Source of the DNA: Vicugna vicugna
Lineage: Eukaryota
DNA: 64,000 nucleotides
Direction of reading: 5' to 3'
NCBI GenBank assembly: GCA_013265495.1
Contig: MU061464.1
Coordinates: forward strand, 1,630,442 to 1,694,441
Part shown: positions 51,093 through 61,422 of the stretch, piece by piece
Layout of the letters: each line of letters opens with the position of its first letter
Numbering within the stretch: position 1 is the stretch's first letter
The notes under the pieces: model-generated
The model's input: only the letters and a program-made list of their open reading frames with translations
Told to the model about the DNA's origin: nothing
The model's database searches: none
Position numbers and translations under genes: made by a program

Positions 51093-53265
51093 CTAAAATG
51101 AAGAGAAACCAGTGCATGCTCTGAATTAGTCTGCGTTGTATGCTGCAGTTTTATAACGTTTCACAAGTATCGTCAGATAGGCTGAGCAATGATGAATGAA
51201 ACCCGAGGCTAAAATGAGGGCTCCAACCACACACACTGTGCTTGTAACTTGCAAATATTTTCTCAAAAGAAAAATGAAATTCTCGGATTTCCAAGATATC
51301 CCCTGCTTGCAACTTATTTTGAGCAAAAAACTTACTAAAATATCAGATTTGTCAACTCTGTAAAACCCTAAGTCTGTGGTTCATTGTCTCCGTCTGAGGA
51401 CCTACTATCTGAATGACAAAGTGGCTCGAAAATTCAAAGATGAAGACGCTTGGGAAAGTAAGGTGAACTTCCATTATCAAAATCTGACTTATTGCTTCTT
51501 ATTCATTGGATGCTTCCAACAATGAGACACCACATACAAAACATACTTCAAATACAAACGTACTTTCACGAACATGTACAAGTAAGAAAGATAATGAGGA
51601 GAAAGGTGGCGAGAAAGAGAAAACAGAATAAGGATAAAGTGCTCCCGTGGGTAACATGTCACTGACCCCCTCACATCAGACCCTCCTTCTCAACAATCTA
51701 CCGTGTCATTTAACACAACATACTTTTCCACACTTTTCCAACCATGATCTTTCCTCTGAGGAGAACAGAAATGCTTCTTAGTGGAGAGTGATGTCAATTT
51801 TATGGTCAGCAAAACATATAAATAGAACCAATTGTTCCTCCGTTTGGCAAAGATTTTTATATTTGAAATTAATTCCAGGCCACAGAAATAGAACATTTCC
51901 TTCCATTTAAGAGAACTACCCTCTTCCTTTAAGAGAATCATTTATAAAAAGTAAAAATCAGTGTCCAAGGGAGAGAGGTTTTCGGTGGAGTAAAATTTCT
52001 AAGGCCTCCCTTTGTGGTATAAACTGCAGCTGTGGGGTCTCCCGACTCTGTCCGTGCTGTTCCTGCGCTCCCCACCCGCCAACAGCGACTCTGGCCAAGC
52101 TCGGTGTAAGTTCAGACACTGTCTTTCAACTCACGTCACTGCAACAGATACACCTGCAGACAAATGTGACCCTTGACAGCCCCACCCCTCGCCAGGGCTC
52201 AGGAGAGGTGCGGCATGGTGGAGAGGGTTCTGAAGGACCCAAGTTCCCAAGTTCTGGTCCCCACTCCTCCAGTCATGGGCCCTTTAACACCAAGTTAAAT
52301 GGTGTTCATTTAACTTCTAAAAAATGGGACAGCACTACATCACTGGCTGAAGGTGGGGGGCGGTAAACAAAAGGAGCTTGTAAAAGGGGTGGGGACCCCC
52401 TAGAAGGAGCAGGCACCGGGAAGGACTCCACGGGCTTACGACCGCGCAAGCCGCCAGCCTTATTTAATCTGTAGGACACAGATGAAAAGATGGCTCATCC
52501 TGTCGCGCCTCCAGATGCAAACGTGGGGCATGATTCAAAGTCTGTAGTGGAAATATTCTAAAATTCTAAAGACGGAGGTGTCACTCATGAGAATCAGACC
52601 AGGTGGGTACGGGAGAGCGTGTCTGTATGGGCCCCTCCCTGGGTTCAGGACACTGCTCCAGGACACTGCTAAAGCAACACCCCTACTAGGGCAGTTCACA
52701 CAGCACTCGGCACGAAGGGCCCTCTGGACCTACTGCTGTGTGTATGCCACGGGCCCAGCCGTGGAGGCTCGTCTGGGAAGTCGAGGAAAGGAAGAAGCAC
52801 AGACTCCTCACACGGCAACAGTACTGGAAGCGCTCTGGGTGCAGCCTCGGTGCCCGTCGTGGCCCTGGGGAGTCACCTCAGTACTTCTGGGGTGAGCTTT
52901 CTTCTGTACCAAGAAATGAAGTGGGCCCAGAGGATTCCCAACGCGTTGCTTTGTAGCAGCTGGTCTCCTTCTCTTTTTCTTACAAGCCCTCTCCCAACAT
53001 CCTGAGCCCAGAGCTTGTCTTAAAGGTACAGCAACTAGCTCCTTCAGCACTAACTCCTCTGAGCAGGCAGGTATTGCTGACACATAAAGCAAGCCGCTCT
53101 CACAGCTGCATGCTAATGCCTTCAGATCACAAGCGATGTAAGTATGCAACATCTCTCTCTAAAACTAAGAAAGTTACTCCCTTCCCATTAAGATCATATA
53201 CACACCAATGGGTCACTAAATGCATATTTTAAAATGGCAAAGTTAGGGAAAAAGAAAGGAGAATG

Positions 53266-53784
53266 GGAAAAAGAAGATGTGGTATATATACAATGGAATA
53301 TTACTCAGCCATAAAAACAATGAAATACTGTCATCTGCAACAACATGGATGGACCTAGAGATGACCATATGAAGGGAAGTAAGTCATAGAGAAAGACAAA
53401 CATCATATGATAAAACTTACATATGGAATCTAAAAAAATGATACAAATGAACTTACTTACAAACCAGAAACAGACTCATAGACATAGAGAGCAAACTTAC
53501 CAAAGGGGAAATGGGTGGTGGGGAGGGATAAACTGGGAGTTTGGGATTAACATATATACACTGTAAACTACTACATATACAACAGATAAACAACAAGGAC
53601 CTACTTTATAGCTCAGGGAACTACATTTAATACCTTGTAACAACCTGTAACAGAAAAGATTCTGAAAAAGAATATATGCATATGTGTATAACTGAATCAC
53701 TTTGCTGTACACCTAAACCTAACACATTGTAAATCAACGATACTTCAATAAAAGAAAGAAAGAACAGAAAAGCAAAGAAAAAAA
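53266..53784 (+). mobile_element. 5'-truncated cetartiodactyl-type L1 with A-rich tail and 11-bp TSD, in TGFBR3 intron 15 (antisense to the gene)
   Basis: The L1 3' UTR (gaagatgtggtatatatacaatggaatattactcagccataaaa...tacttcaataaaa) is well preserved. TSD aaaggagaatg lies at 53255-53265 and 53785-53795. Confidence 0.9.
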
Positions 53785-53964
53785 AAAGGAGAATGAAGGC
53801 AGGACAGAGGAAAGGAAAAAGAAAGTATGAGAAAAAAGGGGTGAGGGAGAATGAGAGCAGAAGTCTCCTTATCAAAACTCAAAGTCTGGCAAATGTTCCA
53901 TAACCAACTCATTCTTGTAAAAGCCCAGGAGGCTTTATTTCGAAACAGTTGCATAAAGACTTAC

Positions 53965-54006
53965 GTGGAGAAACTGGATTCGGTTCCTTAACGCCTGGAC
54001 CTGTTT
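53965..54006 (-). CDS. TGFBR3: TGFBR3 42-bp stalk exon (exon 15 equivalent): (E)TGPGVKEPNPVSP(P)
   Basis: Acceptor is tgtttttgtttcag and donor is CAC|gtaagt. The peptide resembles human EKGPSMKEPNPISPP, and the phase fits both neighbouring exons. Confidence 0.95.
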
Positions 54007-55189
54007 CTGAAACAAAAACATAAGTCACGATGCATTCTACAGACCGAATTCTAAGCAAAAGGTCGTCAGACCCTCCGCAGAGGCTGACCGTCTCCTGTCT
54101 GCTGACACTTACTTTGCGAGAGCTCCGCCAGTTACCCGCTTTAGAGACGCGATTACTCAGGAACGTTAAGCGCTGTACTGTTTATGACCAACTGTCCAGT
54201 TTCTTCAATTTGAAGAAAAATTGAAGGCAAACTCCTAAACTTAAGGAATCTGAGTCTGGTAATTCATGTGTGTGAGCACCTTTACATCTATTTACAGAAG
54301 GATCCAATACCTGTGAATACCGTATTTCTCCATTGTGTTCAGTATTACTCCACTTTCAAAAAGTCTTTTAATTTAACGTACGAAAGTGTAAAAGCATCTT
54401 CATCCTTCTATCCGTCCCACAGTACAGCTCCTCCCCATCGCGCACCTGCAGTATTACTGAGCTGTTCTAACGGGTCTCCTTGTCTCCACTACTGCCCTCC
54501 CCAAATATTCCTCTCCCTGTACGGGTCACGGGGGTGAGCGACACTTCCAGAGTCCAGAGCTGATGATGCTACTGCCCTGATTAAACCACTCAGTGACTTC
54601 TCTTCATTTACAGGGAAAAAGTCCAAACTCTCCAGCACGGCACACCGAGTTCTGCCTCCCTGGTCCGCCCAGCTCCGCAGCCTCCTCCTAACGGGCCGCT
54701 TCACCCGCGCGGGGCTCCCCGTAGTTCATGAGGGCAGAGACGAGTTCTTACTCATCTGAGTGTCCTCAGGGCTCAGCCGGGCTTGAAACAGCCCCACCAG
54801 ACTTGCGGGCTGAGGGCTGGCTAGAACGCTGGGGGACGTTTTGAAAATGGAGGCAAGAGAGGAAAGTCGGAGTAAGACTGTGTGAAGGCGCGTGTGTGCT
54901 TTGACGTCTCTGTATAGGTAGTGCTTTCCTGCTCAGAAAGCGCTGCACGGTCTGACCTCAGCTGAGGTTTCAGTCAGCCCCACGAGGGAGGCAGGAAAAG
55001 AGTTCTTGTCACTCTGTCCCAAACGAGCAGCCTGGGGCTGGAGTTGTGTGACTAGCCCAAGGCCACGGCTGGAAGGCGTCAGGGCAGGGGCCGAGCCAGG
55101 ATTCCAGACTCCGCCCAGCGGGCTGAACGGCTAGCGAGTGTCCTCGGCCGGGGAAGACCCGACCAGGAAGCCACCTGCGCGCAGACAGA

Positions 55190-55502
55190 CGTGTCACAGA
55201 GCGAGGGGGGGGCGTCACGGCCCCCGCTTAATCTTACACAAGTGAACTAAGGATTCGTTTTATATTTTTAAGTCATTACAAAAATCAAAATAATATTTTA
55301 TGAGATGTGAAAATTATATGAAATTCAAATCTATTCCCTAAATAAGGTTTTACTTGAACATAACCAGGCTCACTCAGGCGCATACTGTCCACAGCTGCTC
55401 CCCTGCGGCCACAGTGGCGAAGCAGTCAACGCAGGGGCTCCACGAGCCGCAGACTGAGACCATCCACCACCTGGCCCTTGAGAAGAAGTGTGCTGAGTCC
55501 TG
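55190..55502 (+). mobile_element. MER58B-like hAT-Charlie element
   Basis: gtgaaaattatatgaaattcaaat...taaataaggttttacttgaacataacc...tggcccttgagaagaagtgtgctgagtcctg. Confidence 0.75.
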
Positions 55503-57199
55503 GCGTGGGCTCTGCCTGCTCTTGAGAGTTTAACGGTGTAAGTGTTTAGTGCCTCTTTCAGCTCCCCTTCCTTCAGTAAAGAAGGAGCACACGCCTTGTG
55601 CCGGAACACGTGATGAAGCAAAAGAACCTGTGAAAAGTTGACCAAAACAGGCAGCATTCATAAAAATAAAGATGCTAGCGAGGACTGTAAATTCTCAGGA
55701 CTGACCATCTCAGCAGGCTGCAGCATGAGGCGTCATGGTCTAGCTCCAGGGGAAGGAATGCTACTGGAGGAATCAAAGCCACTGCAGCTGCATGGCGCCC
55801 CCTGGAGTTGTGCGACACCGTGGCCCCGGGGGCAGGATACATGGGAAAGGCATACGCAAATAAAACCACTAAGAAAATTAAAATAATTGCGTGTCTTTAA
55901 GAAAGCCTATTTCAGTACGCAGAACACACACCAGCTACACAACACACGTAAGAGGCCGCTGCCTGGGAGTTTGGCCCATCAGCCTTCCTGGCAGCAATAC
56001 AGCAACAACAGCGATGCCTGACATTTGTACATTTGTGTAGTGTTTTACAATCGACAACCAGCTTTCACTTGCACATTTGCTCATTTTAAACTCCCAGGAG
56101 TCCTATCAAGCAGGGGTATCTAACCACAAATTCTCCTGTTTTCAAGAAGTCATGGTCTGATACGCTGAGCTAAGCACAAAGGCATGTAAAGGTCTCTGCA
56201 GCGTCCGTCGCGCGAGAAACACACACACTCCTGGGAAGAGTTGCATCCAGTCAACCACCCATGGTCACACTCTGTCCCTCAGGACCCCCAGGCGGTCTTA
56301 AATAACGACTCTCCCCCGAGGAGACCTCGCCTGGGAGAATGCAGGTTTCACAGGAGGCCTGTGTGACAGACGGCATCGTTTTAAAATCCTTACTGGATTT
56401 ATGTCGTGACCTCATCCTCTTGCCCCGCCCCACACAGGGCCTCCTCACAGAGAGAGCAGAGCAGACACAGTCGCCGCTCACGTCCCCAGAGCGAGGCCGC
56501 TCCGTGACTTCTGTGCATGGACGACGACAAACCGAGGCTCAGAACCGAGGTACAGGACTTTCTCCTCTAACGTGCTCCTTCCAGAGCCCCCAGCAGCCCG
56601 TGTGTAGCTGAGACGGTCGGAGCACGCTGGAGCCCCGTCACCGAGCTGGCATGGCGAAGCGCGAGGGTGGACCTCACAGTATTTACTTTTGGTTTAAGGG
56701 TAAGTTTGCAAGAGAGGGGTCCCAGCTACTGCTGCAAAGAGAATTTTGACCACAAAGACCCCTTTACAGAAAGAACAAGCTACAACCAACGTTGTGCTTC
56801 AGGTATTTTCCGCACTCCGAGCAGACCTCGGCCTGCCGCGAGAGCCAGGGCTGCCCTCCTCGGGACTGCTAGGCATGGCTTTCATGAGAGGGGCACCTCC
56901 GGGGTCGCGCCTGAGCGGCTGCCCGCAGCTTCTGGCCTCCGGCTTTCCGTTCAGCTCTCCTGAACACAACAAAGACCGGGCAGGCCCACAGGGAAACGAG
57001 GGGTCTAACTGGCACCCACGCCTTTTGGTACCTGGCAAAGAGGGAAGGGTGGGGAGATGAAGAAGCTCAGGCAGGGGATTTAAGGTACCGTTTTCAATAA
57101 CTTTACTGCACTGAACATGAATCTCTTCCCTGGGTTCCTTCAGTCTTGATGGCATTCATTGCAATTGTCTGCTCACTTACCTACATCCTTCTGCTAGAC

Positions 57200-57425
57200 C
57201 AGGGGTTCTCACCTGGGGGCGATTTTTGCCCACCCTCCTCCCTCAGAGGACGTTTGGAAATGTCTGGAGACATTTTTGACTGTGACAGCTGGTGGTGGAA
57301 GGGTCTGCTAAGGCGTCTAGCGGGTAGAGGAGGGGGTGCTGCTCAACACCCTACCATTCATGGGACAGACCTCCACCGCAGAGCTACCCGCCCAAGACAC
57401 TCGTGGTGCCGAGGCTGTGAAGCCG
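57200..57425 (+). mobile_element. MER20 hAT-Charlie element
   Basis: caggggttctcacctgggggcgattttt...gaaatgtctggagacatttttg. A degenerate 8-bp TSD (tgctagac / cgttagat) flanks it. Confidence 0.88.
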
Positions 57426-58884
57426 CGTTAGATTGTTAATGCCTCAGAGACAGGAAGATTTGGTTCCTGTATGCCAAGCACACAGTAGGCATTCAATGAA
57501 CACTTTTTTGGAATAAATAACCACAAATATCATGTGTATCTTATGCCTGCATGCATACCTACAGCTCAGCCTCCAGCAGCTTGCAGAGCAGTCTTCCTGA
57601 ATGACTTGGCTCGGGGCTCCCTACGTGAGATCTTTTGACAGATCTCAATTCTTGGAGGTGCATATGGGAATAGCCGTTGATAAACGAAACGTCTGGGTTT
57701 CCTTCAAAACAATCCAGGGGCAAGAAGCGATAAAACAAGACTGGCTGTGGGCTGGCGACTGTGGCCACCAGGTGAAGGGCTTGTGGGAGTTGATTCAAGT
57801 ATTCCATCTGGGTTTATATTTGAAATTTTCAAAAGTAAAAACTTTTCAAAACATGAAGCACATCGAATAAAAAAATTTCCTATGATACCACCCCCTCCCC
57901 GGGTACAGGCTTAATGTCTTGGTCTGTTAATTAAGCATTTCCACCATCTTTCTACTCAGCTTCCCCTCATCTCTGCCTCATCCTGAGGACAAAACCTGGC
58001 CAGTGCCTTAGAGTATTTTTGTTCTGGAAAAATCAAATGTGTTCCAAAAAGTAACGCCTATCTTGGATTAATTTCCAACTGACGTTCACAACTTTCCCTT
58101 CCACTCCCCTCTAATCCCCACAAAAAAACGCAGCTTGGCTGAGACGTTAAGAGGAAGGAAAGGAACTTAACATTCACTGAGTGCCCATGATATGCCAGGT
58201 GCTGTCCTGAGCGCACTTACACTTTTAAAAAAGTTATGTGGTGGAAATATGAAGAAAATTCGGTATTTTAAACACGTAACTTGCTAAGAATTACATATTG
58301 TGTATAAATCATGGCAAATTTGAAGATGTTCTGTTGTGCCCATTTTTTTAAATATATGCCCTAGATTTCAGAGAAACGATTACTTTTCCCTTTCACTATT
58401 AAAGAAATAATCGCTGACGTGGTGTAACGATTTTTATTACATAAGCCCAAGTATTCTCAAATGCTATAAAAGTGGCCATGGCATCCAAAGCAAACAGCAC
58501 TGACACGCCTGCACTTCAAAATGTTTCACGAAACGTGGCAGGATGGCAGCGCCTCAACTATTTCAATTGTTTTGCCATAAACCGTAATGTGTACGAACTA
58601 TTCCTGTTTCCTGGGCTTTTTTTGCTACAATTCAGCGTCTCAGAGCTTCTCCTATACTTCAATGCTCTTTTAATAGTTTACATGCTTCCCAACACCTTAA
58701 TCCTTTGGGGAAACAGACATTTCTCCTAAAATTCTTCATCTTCTTTTCAGTTCATAATGATCAGAGCCTACCTGGGTGCTACCGTGCATACTAATGTGAC
58801 AGGGCGTGGACGGGGGCAGAAACGGGGTGTGAAGAGGCAGATGCTCACGTTGCTTGCAGTTTTATTGTAAGCCAGAAGCACCCT

Positions 58885-59115
58885 CTGCCAGGATAAGGCA
58901 CGGGGTCTGGATCGCAGAGCCTGGATTTAAACCCTAGACCCATCACGCAGTCACACGTGGTGTGACCTTGGCCAGGTTACTTGCCCTTGCTCCATTGCTC
59001 CATACTGTACCTGCCTCATAAGGGGCGCTGTGGATTACAAACCGTCGTCCACGTAAAGCGTTCAGCACAGTGCCTGGAGCTGGGTAACTCAGTGAACACT
59101 GGACCAGCAACCCAT
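58885..59115 (+). mobile_element. MIR SINE
   Basis: gtgtgaccttggccaggttactt...gtaaagcgttcagcacagtgcctgg. Confidence 0.75.
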
Positions 59116-61301
59116 CAGCATTGTTACCTTTCATCGAAAGTCTCAGCAGCAGAACGACCCTAATGCTGCCGGTCCCCAGGGACGGAGGGACCATAGGTGC
59201 AAAGGGGGGCTGCACGGCTCATCAAAGCTCCGTTAAGAACAGTGGTGCAGAGGAGGGACTCGGAGCTGTTTACCTGCTCTTGGTGGCCGACTCCCTGTCC
59301 ACAGAGGGAAGAGACCCCACCTGCGATGTCCCCGTGTTCTCGGCAGTGGCAGCCGCAGAGCAGCGCTTGGGCTGGTGTGAAGCTGAAGCCAGAGCTCTAC
59401 CTGCTGCCCCAGAAAACCCAAGTGCTGGGAAGTAAGGTGGAGCAAATGGGCTGCAAGAGCCGAACCGCGGCGGGGTCTCCCTGGGCTCCGGCGTGGTAAG
59501 AGCGCCGTCAACCATCCCACTGGCCGGGAGATTTCTACCCCAGAAGTTACTCCCAGGGAGAGACCCATCTGCCCTCTGCCAGAGACAGGACGGTGTCTGC
59601 GTCTTGCCGCAGTGACACGCAGGGCTGTCGGCAGGAGGAACATTCACGGCCCCATTGTTTGCCAAATAAGCCAATGCTATCAAACAGCCACATTCCCTTT
59701 ATATGTGATTATTTCAGTTCACTGCGAGGCAGAGGGAAAGGCGGACTCCAGGGGCCGGCGCTGAGGAGAAAGCTCTTAAGAGTCAGAGGAAAACAAGCAT
59801 CAGAGGCGAGAGGAGGCGCTCAGGAAGCCAAAACCTGCCGGGAAGCCCGGCCCATTCAGCCCGAAGTTAGGAAGCACATCCGCGTACGGCCCCGGGGAAG
59901 CCGGCCCACAGCCTAACCGTCTCAACGTGTTCACCAACCCTGAGCAATAAACTTTCCTCACCACGTGCTTCTCCCCTCAAATCTAGTCTCAATTAGCAAA
60001 TCCAGGAACTACTTTGATATTTGGTAAAACTTTCCTCTTGCACTTTTATGTAAAGAAAACATTGAACTTTCAGCTTAATTACACACTAAGTTTAAATAAA
60101 AGTAATTACCTAATTTACAAGAGGAATTACTTAGAAAAATACCACCAGACTTAAAAGAAGAACGAATGAATTACTGGAAGTCACACTGCCGCAGTGTTAG
60201 TGCCTACTCATCGTCTGGCGTAGGGAGAAGCAAGCCGCTGCCTCCGACGGCCCGCAGAAGGACTCCTCTCAGAGCAGGCGAGAGGGGTAGAGGGAGCCCG
60301 GGGTGGCTGCCGCCACTGCTGTGCCGCTTTCACAGCACAGAGCAGGCCAGCTGTTGCGCAGTTGTGATACACTTTGCAACATAATTCATTTATTCTTATT
60401 TATTTCTCCTGGACCCAATAAACAAGAAACTATTCGGGCAATGCACTTCCAGAAAGACTGCGACTGTTGTAACCGTTTCAAGTGGTTGAAACCAACTAAT
60501 AAAGTAAAACAAACAACAACAACAACAACTTTGCTGAGGAACCAATAAACGTCTGCTACGTACACTTCACACCTACTTCAGGGTGGCTGGGAAATGAATG
60601 AAAAATTGTTTTGCTTCACACAGTGTCACTGAGTGTTACAGCTGAGAGGGCCTCTGGGAGTCATCTGGTCCAAGCCTTCTTTTCCAGGTAAAGGAATGAA
60701 ACCCAAGGTCGTGGGGGGAGAGCCCAGAGTCCCACAGCGGCCAGCCTGGGAAGCTCAGGGCCGTGTGCAGAACCCTGAGCGCTGAATTATGAAAGTACGT
60801 TTGGACAGTGGTTCTCACTTTCTCTCTGCTGTGACACCTAAGACAGATGACATTCACGTGCCAACACCCTCCCCAAAGGCATCTGCGATCTTGACAAGGT
60901 ATTGTGACAGCCTGCAGCCCGCACAACTGTTAGCGGCAGATCATGGAAAGATGGGCCGTGGACTGTGTGCCACCCCAGAGGCCGGGAGGAACGCTAACCC
61001 TCTCTTACCTGCTGGAGGAAGCAGGTCTGCATGCAAGGGAGAGCAACACTGTGACAGGGACACCTTAGACTCTGATCTAACATTTGAAGAGGGAATCATT
61101 CGCAAATGTGTCATTGACCGCAGGGCACCGGGAGAACCAACTACATAAAAGATTCTTTGGGCAAAGAATCCTTTTCTAAAGTGACTAACTGTCCATTAAT
61201 GTATCTTTTGAATAAAACCAGACTTTGATTTACAGAATCAGAGCTTCTTCACGAGCAGCCCTCACACCCGTCTTCTCTGGCCAAGCCTCCCCCAAACGCA
61301 C

Positions 61302-61422
61302 CTTTAAATTGTACTTCGTGGTGGATCACAGCCAGGGGCTTGGTGAACGTCTTCTTATTCTGCATCATGGCCCAGATCATCGAGGCGTCCAGCGAGGTGC
61401 AGGCTTCATCGGGGAGCACACA
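61302..61422 (-). CDS. TGFBR3: TGFBR3 (betaglycan) coding exon, human exon 14 equivalent: CVLPDEACTSLDASMIWAMMQNKKTFTKPLAVIHHEVQFK
   Basis: Translation matches the betaglycan post-ZP juxtamembrane region. Acceptor is tttgctctgcctctgcag and donor is AAG|gtgcgt. The exon is 121 bp and joins the next exon in frame. Confidence 0.97.
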
